A stretch of DNA of 64,000 nt from Dictyostelium discoideum (lineage: Eukaryota): contig CM000151.3 of assembly GCA_000004695.1 (NCBI GenBank), positions 128,001 through 192,000 on the forward strand, read 5' to 3'. The notes below the pieces were generated by a model. The model was not told the DNA's origin. It worked only from the letters and a program-made list of their open reading frames with translations, and did not search any database. Shown here piece after piece: positions 40,234 to 54,059 of the stretch. Positions within the stretch are counted from its first letter, which is position 1, and each line of letters starts with the position of its first letter. The position numbers and the translations under genes are program-made.

Positions 40234-43200
40234 ATGGGGTTTGGTAGTGAAAACAATGATATAAATATTAATTATAATAATAATAATAATAATAATAATT
40301 ATAATAATAATAACAATATCACAAATGTAAATAATAATAATAATAACAATAACAATAATAATAACAATAATATTCTTTATATAGATGATGAAAACAATGG
40401 TTATGATGATGATAATATTATAAATAATAAAATTAAATATTGGCAAGATGAATTCAATAAATTAAAACAAGAATCATATGAAAAAATTAAATCATTACCA
40501 CCAACAAATAATCATACAAACAATTTTAAAATTAATGATATTAAAGGTGATTTATCAGATTCTTTATTTGATAGATGGTATGAATTTGCAATTCAATATG
40601 CTCAATCTATAACAACAACAACAGAAACAACATTATTTGACATTAATAACAATAATAATGATAATAATGAACTAGGTATGTTTTTATTGATATATATATA
40701 TATATAAATACAAAATAATAATAAAATAAATAAAAAATTTCTTACATATATACATAATTATAATTATATAAATAGAAATTGAAATGATATGTTCAACAAA
40801 AGTATTATTAAAGAATATAATTGATATTGATATTATAGCAAATTCATTATTAGATGATAGTGTTTACAGAAAATATTTAGAACAATTTAGAAAGGTTATA
40901 ACTATTTATAGTAGTAAACCAAAGTTTACAAAATTATTACTATTATCAAAATTTGAAATTAATAATAATCATCATCATCTTATTAAAGATCAATTAAATG
41001 AAAGTTTACAACAACTTTTAATAATATTACAAAAAAGAATGATTTCATCAATTGGTAAAAGAATTGAATTATTAAATACAATTAAATCAATAATTGAAAT
41101 TGGTAATAAACTATTTAAAATCAATAATAATACTGTATTTCCATTTCAAGTTAATACAAATATCTTAGTAACATTTTCAAATTCAACAGAGAATGGAGAA
41201 GTATTAAGATCATTAGGATTAGATATTTTAAAATTGTTATTATTAAATGAACAACAACAACAACAAGAAGAAGAAGAACAATTCAAATTAGATATTCTAA
41301 GATCAATGTCAATGATTGCATCTGATAATACAACATTGAATTTTATTTGGTCAAATCAAGGTATTAATTATATTGATGTTGTAACAATATTACAAAGTAG
41401 AATACCAACATCACAAAAGGAATTAGGTATAAAAATATTATCATCAATTTCAACAAGTATTAAATCCTCAACTATTGATATACTAACAAACTATTGTTCT
41501 GATCAATCTGATTATTCAAATTCATCAATAAATAAAATATTACAAACTATATTTGATTTTATTGATTTATTTTCAATTAAAATTCAAACTAAACAATCTC
41601 AACAATTATTATTACAAAAATTACAACAACAACAAAAACAAGAAGAAGAAGGACAAACTAAAGAATCAACATTATCAATTTCATTTAAACCAAGTAAATA
41701 TAATAAAAATATTAATTATTTAAATGAAAAAGTTGATGGTGGTGGTGGTGTTGGTAGTGGTGGTGGTGATGATGATGAAGAAAGCTCAAGTACAAATGAA
41801 AAATATCAAGAGATATTAGATTTATTTGAAACTATTGTAAATCAAATACCAAATAATGATATGGTAATTAAAAAGTTAATATCAAGTTGTGGTTGTACTG
41901 AAGGTTCATTAAAGATATTATTAAATTGTAGTAAGAAATTTAGTAGAGATATGTGGAGTTCACAATTGTTACCATTGTTATTCAATGAGATTCAGCTAAT
42001 GAAATTTCAAGGTGTATCAGGTATACAACGTGAGCAATCTGTTATTGATTGTGTTAGAGAATGTGCAAGATTGTTTTATTTAGATTCACCAAAATCATTA
42101 TCATCAGCTGATAATAGTGATATTGGAAGTAACCATATCGAATCATTGAAATTCGCTCATAATCTATTCTTTACAATCATTGAGGCTATCAGACATGGGT
42201 ATTACGATACAGAAGGATTTCAAATAGTTTGCTCAATCATCATCCTAAATCATCTACCATCGTCAATCAATTGGTTTCAACAAGTTTTAAACCCATCCAC
42301 TTGTTATAATTTAAAAACCTCTCGTGCTATATTCGATATTTTCTTACAATTGATGGGATTCTCTGAAGTTGAAAAATCAGTGACTATACAATCATTGAAA
42401 ATCGATCATATGCATGCGATTTTTCATCAAATGGTTTCAATTTCGAATCCCACAGCTTTCAATTTAATTTCAACTTGTTTAAAATTTAAACCTGCAGTTC
42501 AATTCTTATTGGATAATCCAATTTTAACAAATACTCTAATTCAAAGTATTAGAATGTTTATAACAGAGTTGAAAAATGTTCAAAATGAAAATCCTTATGT
42601 TAAAAATTGTTTGGAAAGGGAGCAGGCTGAAGCAGTGACTGAAGTAATTAAAAATATATTTCCAATTGTTAATCCATCCGATGCAAATTTCTTATTCTCA
42701 ATCTCTTTAAACGTTTTATTATTAATTCCATCTGGTACACCTTCAAGTTATGGTGATGAAGAATTAAGTAAATTAATCAATAGAATTCCAATTGGTTCAC
42801 CTTTATCTCTATTAGATGTTATATCAGGTTTAAAATTATGTGGTACTGAATCAAAGATTGCATTATGTGATTTCTCACCTCAATACTGTTTATTAGATTC
42901 TGATGAACAAGTTCGTTCAACTGCTTTAAGAGTTTTATCACGTAGAAATGATTTAATTATTTCTTCTTCAAATAATAATAATAATAATAGTAGTAGTGGT
43001 AGTAGTGATAATTTAAATAATATTAGAAATAGTGGTAGTGGTATTATTAATAATAATAATATAAATTTATTAGACTCAATATTTAAAGCAGTAAAAACTA
43101 ATAGTAAAAGTTCAATTTATGAAATGGAATTATTAATATCAGCATCACCATTAATGCCAATGATTTTTAATGTTGATAAATCTTATACATTACAATGTTT

Positions 43201-43456
43201 AGATTTATTATATAAAGCAATTAAACAATCATCATTAAGAGATCCACAAAGTAAACCAAATCAAATTGCAACCGATTCTGCTGAATATATTTTAACTCAA
43301 TTAAAACAATCTGATATTGAACTTTATATTGGTAGTAAATCTTCAACCTTAATATCAATTTGTGTAAAATTAAAAAAATTTAGTAATTCAATTAAATTAA
43401 TATATAAAGATTTAAAGAAAAATGGTTTCATAAATGATAAAACTGTATTATTGTAA
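40234..43456 (+). CDS. Large hypothetical protein of about 1037 aa with an N/Q-rich N-terminus. Exons are 40234..40675 and 40776..43456.
   Basis: Two track ORFs are joined by a GTATGT...AATAG intron (40676..40775) in phase 1 (...DNNELG|E|IEMICSTKVLL...). The long alpha-helical body is possibly ARM/HEAT-like. No confident family. Confidence 0.55.
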
Positions 43457-43465
43457 AAATAATAA

Positions 43466-43468
43466 TAA

Positions 43469-43530
<62 letters not shown>
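43466..43530. repeat. (AAAT)n microsatellite immediately 3' of the 40234..43456 gene.
   Basis: Direct reading. Confidence 0.9.
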
Positions 43531-43531
<1 letters not shown>

Positions 43532-43779
43532 ATGTAAATTAGATAATAATTTTAAATTTTGATAAATTACAAGTTATTTTTATATCTCTACACCCAAATT
43601 ATTTACTCAAAACACCAACTAAAAAAAAAAAAAGGATTTATTGAAAGTTAATTTTCATAGAGTTTAAGAAGACATTAATTTTTTTTTTTTTTTTTTTTTT
43701 AAATAAATATTTATTTTATTTATTTATATTATGGGATTAATGAAAAAAATAATGTAAAAAATAATTTGAAATTGAATAA

Positions 43780-44367
43780 TTAATTAGATGGTGTTGGAAT
43801 TAAAGTACAATAACCACTTTTAGCACACAAGGAATTTGAATCACAGTTAATTGTTGAATTACATTTGTTATTTACACATACATCGGTTGTACATGGTAAA
43901 CTATCATTACAATCTGCATTTGTTGTACATGATTTGATATTATTTTGAGCTTGATTAATTGTGTAATAACAACCAAAAATTGACATACAATTATCAGTGG
44001 TAGTGGCTAATCCATCAGTACAATTAGTGGCAGTTCTAACACAACCAGTGGTGGAATTACAATATTCAGTTGTACATTTATTATTATCATCACAGGTGGT
44101 ACTACCGAATTTACAAGCCAAAGTTTCATAATCACAACTTACACTACCACATTTAGAATATTGTGGTGATAATTTACAATTGGCAACACAAGCTTTATAA
44201 GTTCCAGTTGATTCACAATCAATATTTTGATTATAAATACTATAACAACCACCATATATAAATGATTCTGTTGTACAATCATTATTATCACTTGGACAAT
44301 CTTGACAATTTGAAAATGTTGATAAAATTGAAATAATAATAAAAGTAGATAAAATTAATCTATTCAT
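43780..44367 (-). CDS. Secreted cysteine-rich protein with Dicty_CTDC-type repeats. 195 aa, single exon.
   Basis: It has a signal peptide (MNRLILSTFIIISILSTFSNC) and repeated C-x-D-x-N-x-C-T-T-D/E-x-C units (CDDNNKCTTEYC, CTDGLATTTDNC, CNDSLPCTTDVC). These are typical of Dictyostelium extracellular-matrix and prestalk proteins. Confidence 0.65.
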   Translation of the reverse strand: MNRLILSTFIIISILSTFSNCQDCPSDNNDCTTESFIYGGCYSIYNQNIDCESTGTYKACVANCKLSPQYSKCGSVSCDYETLACKFGSTTCDDNNKCTTEYCNSTTGCVRTATNCTDGLATTTDNCMSIFGCYYTINQAQNNIKSCTTNADCNDSLPCTTDVCVNNKCNSTINCDSNSLCAKSGYCTLIPTPSN

Positions 44368-45630
44368 TTTTTTTTTTTTTTTGAAAGTTTTTGTTAAATT
44401 TATAATAAATATAAAGAATGAATAAATAAATAATTAAATAAATAATAAAATTTATAATAAATTAATAAATTAATAAATAAATTGTTAATTGATTTGTTTT
44501 GATTTAATGAAAAATAAAAATTAAAATGATTTCTTTTTATAGTTAAAAAAATTAATTAAAAAAATAAAAAATAATTTTAAAAATTATTAATAATAAATAA
44601 AATTTATTAAAACAATATAAAATAAAAATAAAAATAATTTGAAATAATTAAATTTCCCTTTTTGGATGGTACTTTAATATAAGTTGCCCCAAATTACAAC
44701 ACCTTTATTTAAGTTTTTTGTGTTTTCTTTTAATTCGCACATGATTGAATTTTTTTTTTCCAATCAATAATAATTATCTTCATTGAAATGACCAATAATA
44801 AAAAAAAATAAAAAAAAAATCCTTTTTTGGTACTCTCCTATAAAATTAGCATACATAAAATTTATTATGGTGTAATTATTATTATTATTATTTTTATTAT
44901 TTTTATTTTTTCAAAATTTTATAATAAAAAATTTGATCTATAATCTAAAATAAATAAAATTACCATTTTCAATTTGGTGTATTGTTAGTGTTTACTTATT
45001 TTAATGTTTATTAATTATTTATTGAAAAGCGATAACTTCAATCACCACATATCTCCATATACAATCACCTATATGTTCTAATTAATTAAAAAAAAAAAAA
45101 AAAAACAAAAAAAAACTATTTAAAATTTTAAAAAAGGTTGAGATTGTTTGCCAAAGGTGGTCCAAATATTGTATGTTTTTCTTTTAATAATAAGAATAAC
45201 AATTCTTTTTATTATAATTTTTTTTATATATTGAAAAAAAAAACAAATGATTATATTAATATTCTCAACACAAAAAGGTATTCAACCATTTAAACTTTTA
45301 TTATAAACCGATTGTTTGAATTTTTTTTTTTTTTTTTTTATTAAGAAAATATATAAAAAAAAATAATCACAATTGAATAAGATAATAAACCCATTATTTA
45401 AGTCAAACTCTTTTTTTTTAAAAAAAATAATATATTAAAATAAAAAATAATAATAAATAAAAAGAAGAGAAATTATTTGGTGAGTTTATTATTATTTTTT
45501 ATTTTTAGGTTCGTTTAATCTATTAATATGTGATTGTTTTTTTTTTTTTTTGTGAATTAAAAATTGGTCAACAAAAAAAAAAACAACAAACCCTGTTTTT
45601 TTATCACATCATTTCATTTTAAATCCTATC

Positions 45631-45671
<41 letters not shown>

Positions 45672-46371
45672 CCAATCCATTTTTTATAAAAAAAAATTGT
45701 GGTTATTAAATGATAGTTACTTATTTTTTAAAAAAAAAATTAAAAAAAAGAAAAAAATAATAAACCATTTTTCCAAATTTTGAAAATGTGGGGGAAATCT
45801 GTGGTGATGTTTATTTTTTAATGGTGTAGGTTTTTTTTTTTTTTTTTTTTATAATCTAGACGATATCTTCTAACCATATATGTTACTCATATACAAACTC
45901 ATAAAAATTATGATAAAAAGACATAAAGTGGAATCTTAAAAATGATCATAGATTATTTTTTTTTTTTTTTTTTTATTTTAATTTATATTTTTTTGAATTT
46001 AAAAAAAAACACTTAATAAACCTTGGTGTGATTTTCACTTTTTTTTTATTTTATTTTAAAAAAAAAAGATTGGAAAAATATTAATGGGTTTCCATTGGTG
46101 ATAATTTTCTTTTCTTTTTTTTTTTTTAAAAAGATATTTTAATTATAATATTACTATTATTATTTTACATAATATCTTTGGAAATTTTTTAAAAATAATT
46201 AAAAAAAAAAAAAAACAATATCTTCATTAAAAAAAAAAAAATCCAATCCAAATATCAACAAATAAATTATTACAAGTTACTAGTTTTTTTTTTTTTTTTA
46301 ATTATTTATTTTTTATTTTTTTTTTTATTTTTTTATTTTTTTTTTTACTTGTATATATGTATGTTATTTTT

Positions 46372-46406
<35 letters not shown>

Positions 46407-46412
46407 CTTAAA

Positions 46413-48141
46413 TTATTTCTTTTGTTTTTTTTTCATTGGTTGAGAATCTTCTTTTGTTGATTTCTTTTCAGTTGATTTCTTATCAGTTGACTTTTTATCT
46501 GTTGATTTTTTATCTGTTGATTTTTTATCTGTTGATTTTTTATCTGTTGATTTATTATCAGTTGATTTTTTAGTTGTATCTTTTTTGTTATTATTATCAT
46601 TTGATTTTTTATCTGAATCTTTTTTATTTTTTTTTGATTTTTCATCAACATCTTGGAAAATTTCATCAACAACTTCCATATCATCTTCAACCTTTTTCTT
46701 TGGTTTACTTTTATTTTTATTATCAATTTTTGAATCTGTTGATTTATTTTTTCTATCTTGTTTTGATTGTTCAATTCTTTCAATGATTTCCTGTTTTGAT
46801 TTCTCTTTATTTGATTGTCTCTCTTTTTGTTGAGTTTCTTTCTTTTGTTGTTTTTCTAATTTCTTTTGTTTTTCAGATTCAAAGATTTCATTATTTTCCA
46901 AACCAAGTGATAAAAGAATCTTTTTGGAGGTATCTTTAATATTTTGTTTATTATTGAGTTTATAAAGACGACATAATGTTGATTCTAATAATTTACAAGA
47001 TTCTGAACCCAATTTATTTGATAAACTGGTACTATCACCACTATTTGATGATTTAATAATTTGTAAACATGAGAAAATAATTTGATTGATAATATTTAAA
47101 TGATCAAAAATTGAATTTGGTTTCAATTGTTTTTCTTTACCATTTAATGAATTACAAAGAGTAGTTAAAATATCGGAAGCATTATTTAAGAGATTCTTAC
47201 CACTTGTACCATAAGAATCTTTTCTCTTTACAATGGATGATAAAACATCTAAAATCTTCTTTGAATTATAATCATTTTGAGGTGATTCAATGATAGTTGT
47301 AACCTTTTTAATTGATGCCCAAATTACAGTTGGGAATCTTTGAGCAAACTCTGTAAAGAATCTTGATGGTACGATATTATTACGATCTAATAAACATTCA
47401 ATAATTGAATCTAATTTAGTTGAAAATAATTTAATATCTAATGAACCATATTCTGAAGGTGTTGGTTGTTCAACAACAACATTGTTGTTTGTAGTTGATT
47501 TAGTTGATTTAGTTGATTTCTTTGATGGAGTTTGTTGAACAGCAACAGTGGCAACTGGTGGTTTAATTGATAATAAAACTCTAACAATCATATAAATTGC
47601 ATGACCAGATAAAATATAAGCAGAGGAATTATTATTTTGTTGTTCTTTATCTTTTGAAGAACCAGTATGTTTTGAAGAGAGAATTGTATCGAATAAGGAT
47701 GATAATAATTGATTCAATTCTTGAACATTTACAGATTTATCAGTAGTTGTACGAATTTGTGAGAATTTATTCTTAAATAAACTAATGAAACGATTAGAGA
47801 TTGATGGTTCATCAAAGGAGGTTGCTTCAATCATTAATGGAATCATCTTAAAGATGTATTCATTTGGATTTGTAATGAATTTCTTTACATAAGATTCTAA
47901 TAAATCGATTAAACGTGATTTCAAATTAATAGTTTGAGTTTTAATATCTTGATAATTACTCTTCTTTTCTTTTTTACTCTTAAAAACTTCTTTCAAATAA
48001 TTATCCATCATTTTAGCTTCTTCTTCAGTTGGTTCAAGTAAATCTTCATCTTCATCATCTTCATCTAATAATAAATGTTTACCCATTGTTTGTTTTAATC
48101 TTGCAACTAATTCTGGATTAACTGAATTATCATCATCAGAA

Positions 48142-48176
<35 letters not shown>

Positions 48177-50123
48177 CTCTTCATCATCTTCTTCATCTTC
48201 ATCGTCTGAATTTTCTTTTGATTGTTTTAATTCTTCAGGTGAAATTGGTTTAAATTCATCATCATCTTCATTATCTTCGTCATCATCACCATTACCATCT
48301 AAACCATTAAATAATTCATCAGTTGGTGCTTTAATCATTGTAAGAATATGTTCGAGTACTTGGAAAGAGATATTATCAGCAAAGATTGAAAATATTTGTT
48401 TAATAATTGTACGTAAGATATGAATTGGTTTATCTAATAATGAGATTAAAACATCTAAAAGTACCATAAATGGTTGAGGTTTATCTTGTTCTGGTGCTGA
48501 TCTTTTTTTAGTTGTTGATTTTTGTGGTGGTTGTGGATTTGTTAATTCTTCAAAAGCAGATGTTAAATCTTCAATAATTTCAGAGATTTCTTGTGCATCA
48601 GTAAGATAATGTAATGAAACATGAACGAATAATAATTCAAAGCCAACCAATTGATTTAATCTTTTTTCAGCAGATTTTTGTTTTAATTGAATTGATTGAA
48701 CGATTTTCATAATTCTATCAATTGGTTTAATACCCATTGGTAAAAAGGTTGACAATTGTGGTCTATCTGAATCGGTTGAACCTTTTTTTAATAAATCGTA
48801 TTGGAAACTTGCCATTTTAGAAGCCCAGAATTCACCATTACTCATTGTACCTTCATATGATGTAGTTTGTTGTTTAGTTGATTCTAAAGTAAGGTATGAA
48901 AGTTCCTCTAAAACTGAACAAAATCTAATGAAACATTGATCTCTAATTGATTGAGAAATCTCTGATTTTGGTTTACTTGTGAATAATTCTTCTGTAAAAG
49001 TTTTAACTGGAGCAGCAACGACAGCAGCAGTAACTTTCTTTTTACCTTTAGTAACTGGAGTGGCGGTAGCAACGGCAGCAACTGGTTTTGATTCACATGT
49101 TAAATAATAAGAATGGAAATAAAGGAATTGTAATAATTCTAATAACATTGGCTCTAATTTAATTAAACTTTCAGTTGGACGTTTAACTAAATCTTTTGAA
49201 ATGTGACCGATTTGACTTAAAATCCAATGTCTAGATGAATCAATATATTTCTCTGATTTCTCTTCATTATTCATTTCATCAATTACCATATCATCTTCAT
49301 CTTCATTATTACTATTATTATTACTATTATCATTTGATGATGATGATGATGAAGAAACTACATTAATAAATAATTTATATAATGAATTTAAATAAATTTT
49401 AATTGAATCTTCATCTAAATCTTTAACTAATTCATTAATTACATCGACTGAAATTGATTGTTCGAATTTTTGTTTTTGTTGTTGTTGATTTTGTGGATTT
49501 TGGTTATGATGATGTGAATTATTTGAAAAGAATAAAATTAATGCTAAACGATGTTGTGATGAAATCTCTGCTGTTCTTGGAATTGATTGGAATGCTAATG
49601 AACCAACTTCATGTAATGGACTAGTTGGTTTTAATGATTCACTTAAATTTGCAATAACATTTTCACTAAAAATATCATTAATAATATCTGGATGTACTAA
49701 TGGTAATAACATTTCAAATAATTGTAATCCTAAATATCTCTTATTCATTGATGTTGTTTTAAATAAATTATCTTTTAAAAAAAAAAAAGAATTAATAAAT
49801 TTAATTATAAGAAAAAATAATAATAAATAAATAAATAAATAAAAAATTAACAAACTTACCTTCAACTATTAATTTCCAAAATTCTAATAATGTTGCATTT
49901 TCTTCATGATCAGCCAATAAAATTTCAAATGTAATTCTCCAAACTTTATGAATTCTTGGATGAGATTTACAAGATTCACTAAAAATATTTTTTAATAAAC
50001 TTAAATTTGAAATATTTAAAATACTTGGATGTTTCCAACCAACAGTTTGTTTAATTAAATTGAATTTCTAAAAAAATAAAAAAAAATAAAAAAAAGAATT
50101 AATAAATATTATTATTATTATTA

Positions 50124-50154
<31 letters not shown>

Positions 50155-51109
50155 ATAATTTTATATATATATATATATATAAACTTACTTTAAATTTTTT
50201 AGAAATTAATAATAATAATGATAATAAATCTGGTGTATATTCATCTTGAGATTGTGGAATTATTGGTTTAATGAATGGCCAAAGTTTATCAAAATTTGAA
50301 TCTGATAATTGTTCGAATAAGGAAGATAAGATTTCAAAAGATAATTCAGAATAGATTGATCTCTTTTTTGAAATGTATAATAATTGTTCAACTATACATT
50401 CAATCATATTTTCAGATGGCGGACGATTGAAATCGTAATTGATAGATTTTGAAGGTTGATTTTGAATAATTGGTAAACCTTCCAAACGAGATGATCTAAT
50501 GATTGACATCATACCGAATAAACGACCAAAATGAGATTCCTTCTCTGAAAGATTCTTTCCACTTAAATCCATATGAAAAGCAAGAAAATCGAAAAACCAT
50601 GGTAATTCAATCACTTGTTTAAAACTATGTAATATCTCTGATAATGCCATTGAAAAACCAATACGTGCTGAATCTCTTGTACTTGCTAAACCAATTACTA
50701 ATCTCTTTAATGTATAATTTAATTCTGGTGATAAATTATTATTAAAAATTTCAGATTTTTCAATAATTTTTGGAACTAAATAAAAAAATAAATAAAAAAT
50801 AAAAAAATAAATAAATTAGTATTATTATTTTTTTATTTATTTATTTATTTAAAATTATATTAATAATAATAATTTACCAATTCTTGAAATATCTTTATGA
50901 TCTTCTGGTTTAAAAACTGATTGAATTTCTTCTAATGTTTGAACTAATGTTGTAATTGATTGTAAACGAGTTTCATTATCCATTGAAGCGATATCATAGA
51001 AACATTGTAAAATGGCATCTTTTTTCTTGATCTCAATATTTAATGCATCTAATGGTGTAACAACACCATTATTATTGGTTGTTGTCACTTCTACTGTTGA
51101 GGTAGTCAT
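46413..51109 (-). CDS. DNA polymerase phi / Pol5 / MYBBP1A-family nucleolar protein of about 1460 aa. Exons on the minus strand are 50878..51109, 50189..50775, 49860..50067 and 46413..49771.
   Basis: The N-terminal exons (..LQCFYDIASMDNETRLQSITTLVQTLEE.. ; ..YTLKRLVIGLASTRDSARIGFSMALSEIL.. ; ..WKHPSILNISNLSLLKNIFSESCKSHPRIHKVWRITFEILL..) and the long acidic, HEAT-like body match the Pol5 family. Introns are GTAAAT/GTAAGT/GTAAGT with AG acceptors and consistent phases. The C-terminus carries (KKSTD)n repeats. Confidence 0.75.
46440..46560. repeat. Tandem 15-nt repeat (ttatctgttgatttt, about 6-7 copies) encoding (KKSTD)n in the Pol5 C-terminus.
   Basis: Direct reading of 46440..46560 on the plus strand. 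Confidence 0.8.
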
Positions 51110-51176
51110 CTCTTTATTTGAATTTTATTATATATAAATAGAGAGGAGTGAGATGAAAACACGCCAAATAATTTAG

Positions 51177-51216
<40 letters not shown>

Positions 51217-51518
51217 AAAAAAAAACGAAAGAAACTTTCGGTTTATTCGATAAAAAAAAAAAAAATAAAAAAAAAATAAAAAAAAAAAATAAAAATAAAA
51301 ATGAAAAAAAAAAAAATAGAAAATAAAAAAAAAAAATAAAAAACAAATAAAAATAATAAAAAATAAATGCATATGCAAAAAAAAAAGACACACCACATTT
51401 ATTTTTTTGATTTTTTTATTTCTCTATATTTTAAAATACAATTTTATTTTTATTTTTATTTTTACTATTTAATTTACAATTTATAAATTATTTGTTATTT
51501 TATTTTATTTTATTTTAT

Positions 51519-52598
51519 TTATTCATCAGATTTAATTATTAAAGTTTCACCAATTTTACTAACACAAAATTCATTTTCTTTTAATCCAAGTTTTTGAGAT
51601 TCTTTAATTAGTAATTGTGGTGGTTCTAATATTGGTTCTGATGATAATAGATAAGTACCCCAATGAATACCAAAACTCTTTTTTGAGTTTAATTCTTTAT
51701 GAATTCTAACAGCTTCTTCAACATTGATATGACAAGATCTCATAAATTCTCTATTTAAATCGTATGCACCAATTGCAATTAAACTAAAATCAAATGGACC
51801 ATAATAATGAGAGATTTGTTTAAATAGTTGATCATGATCCGCTGTATCACCACTAAAATAAAATCTTTTATTCTTTCCAACCACACACCAACTACCCCAA
51901 AGATACTTATTACGATCAAACATACCTCTTTGTGATGAATGATTTGCTGGTGTATAAATTAATTTTAAACAATTATCATCATTATCATTATTTTTGGTAG
52001 TGGTAGTAGTATTTGTGGTAGTGTGGTGATAATGATTAATTTCATCCCACCAATTTAATTCAGTTACATTTTTAATTGAAGCAGATTGAAACCATACTTT
52101 TAAACCTTTTGGTACATAGAAATGACAATTTGGGAAAAGTTTTGAAATTTCAACAACTGCATCATAATCTAAATGATCGTAATGTGCATGACTAATGATT
52201 ACGAAATCTAATGTCGGTGGTAATTCTTTGATTGAACATGCTGGATCTCTGTATCTGTGTGGTCCAAATGGTAGATTTGGAATTGGTGTACATCTTTTAC
52301 TCCAAACTGGGTCAGTGATAAATGTAAATCCTTCCATTTGAATTAAACATGTTGAATGTCCAATCCAGGTCGACCTAATTGTAGTCTCTTTATCGTATTC
52401 TGAATTTATTAAATTAAAATCTGGTTTTAAAACTGGATGAATCTCTGTTTTTTCATATTCTGTTAATGGTAATATCTTTGGTCTTTTTGTTATATAATTC
52501 CATACATCTTTTGGTGATTTCTTTTCTTCATGATTAAAAAAATCTGAAAATGGGTTAATAAATCTACCATCTTCAAATATTGATAATGTTTTCTCCAT
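51519..52598 (-). CDS. Metallo-beta-lactamase-fold hydrolase, NAPE-PLD-like. 359 aa, single exon.
   Basis: FINPFSDFF...W near the N-terminus, plus the metal-binding motif VIISHAHYDHLD and the downstream H/D ligands (..FYFSGDTADHD.., ..GIHWGTY..), are characteristic of N-acyl-phosphatidylethanolamine phospholipase D. Confidence 0.75.
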   Translation of the reverse strand: MEKTLSIFEDGRFINPFSDFFNHEEKKSPKDVWNYITKRPKILPLTEYEKTEIHPVLKPDFNLINSEYDKETTIRSTWIGHSTCLIQMEGFTFITDPVWSKRCTPIPNLPFGPHRYRDPACSIKELPPTLDFVIISHAHYDHLDYDAVVEISKLFPNCHFYVPKGLKVWFQSASIKNVTELNWWDEINHYHHTTTNTTTTTKNNDNDDNCLKLIYTPANHSSQRGMFDRNKYLWGSWCVVGKNKRFYFSGDTADHDQLFKQISHYYGPFDFSLIAIGAYDLNREFMRSCHINVEEAVRIHKELNSKKSFGIHWGTYLLSSEPILEPPQLLIKESQKLGLKENEFCVSKIGETLIIKSDE

Positions 52599-53274
52599 AA
52601 TTAATTAAATAAATAAATAAATATTATGTTAAAAATTTATTTTTGTTATTGTTATTGTTTTTAAAAAATTAAAATTAAAATTAAAATTAAAAAAAAAAAA
52701 TAAATTAAAAAAAAAAAAAAAAAAAATAAAAAATAAAAAAAAAAAAAAAAAAAAAAATTAGATTTGAGATTTGAAATGAATTGCGTGTCTTTTTATTTGT
52801 CGACATAAATTAAATTTTTCAAAAAAAAAAAAAAAAAAAAAAAAGAATTATGTCATCAAAAATAACACCCACTTGTTATTATTATTTTAAAAAAAAAAAA
52901 AAAGAGAGAAAAAAAAGAAATAATTTGTTTATATCTTCTTACATTTTTTGAATTTACAAAAGGGTGCACTATACTTTTTGAAATTTTTTTTTTTGAAAAA
53001 TTTTTTAAAAAATTTGTCAATGTTGCTATTTTTAAAAGTCGATCCATTGCCAAAGATATTTTTAATCCCCAAAAAAAAAAGTTTTTTCTGCCTTGATAGG
53101 AGGTTTTAAAAAATAAAATAAAAACAATTTTTTTTTTTTTTTTTTTCCACAAAAAAACATAAAAAAAAAAAAAAATAAAAAAAAAAAAATAAAAAAAAAA
53201 AAAAATAAAAAAATTGAGAATTATTTACCACCGATAAAAATAAAAAATAAAAAAAATAAAAATAAAAAAAAAAT

Positions 53275-53835
53275 ATGGTGGAAATTAAAATTAGAAATGT
53301 GAATGAAAATGATATAAAAGAGATTACAAATATTTATAAACATTATGTTTTAAATGAAGTTTGTACATTTGAAGAAGAGGTACCAAGTGAAGAAGAGATG
53401 AATAAAAGAAGGTCAATTATTGTTGATAAGAATTTCCCTTACATTGTTGCAACAACAACTACAACCACAACAACAATAATAAAGGATGGAGCAAATGATA
53501 TCACTAAAGAAATTGTTATCGGATATGCATATGCATCATCATTTAGACCAAGAGCAGCATACAGATTCACAGTTGAGGATAGTATTTATATTGATATTAA
53601 TTATCAAAAGTTAGGTGTTGGTTCAATATTATTAAAAGAATTAATTTCACAATGTAAAGAAAAAGGTTTTAAAGAAATTATTGCAGTCATTGCTGCTGGT
53701 GGACCAAACCAAGTTGGCGGTTCCTCAATTAAATTACATAAAAAATTTGGTTTCGATAATCAACACACTTTAAAGAATGTTGGTTACAAATTTAATCAAT
53801 TTTTAGATACTGTTTCACTTCAATTATCATTATAA
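53275..53835 (+). CDS. GNAT-family N-acetyltransferase (PAT/MnaT-like). 186 aa, single exon.
   Basis: The GNAT motifs are present: ..VEDSIYIDINYQKLGVGSILLKELISQCKEKGFKEIIAVI.. and ..KLHKKFGF..GYKFNQFLD. The length and arrangement match phosphinothricin-type acetyltransferases. Confidence 0.75.
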   Translation: MVEIKIRNVNENDIKEITNIYKHYVLNEVCTFEEEVPSEEEMNKRRSIIVDKNFPYIVATTTTTTTTIIKDGANDITKEIVIGYAYASSFRPRAAYRFTVEDSIYIDINYQKLGVGSILLKELISQCKEKGFKEIIAVIAAGGPNQVGGSSIKLHKKFGFDNQHTLKNVGYKFNQFLDTVSLQLSL

Positions 53836-54059
53836 TTTATAAAAAAATAATTAAAATAATAAAATTTTAAAAAAAAAAACTTTTTTTTTTTGTGAACAAG
53901 CACTTTGGCAAAAAAAAAAAAAAAAAAAAAAAATTTGACCCATAAACCCACACAAACACTAAAATCAAAAAAAAAAAAAAAAGATATAATTTTTATTTTT
54001 ATTTATTTATTTATTATTTTTTATTTTATTACTATTAAAAAAATGGAATTATTTTTTTA

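Noticed and set aside
51106-51396. 96-aa minus-strand ORF rich in F
   Set aside because: It is a translation of poly(A)/(T) promoter-region sequence upstream of Pol5.
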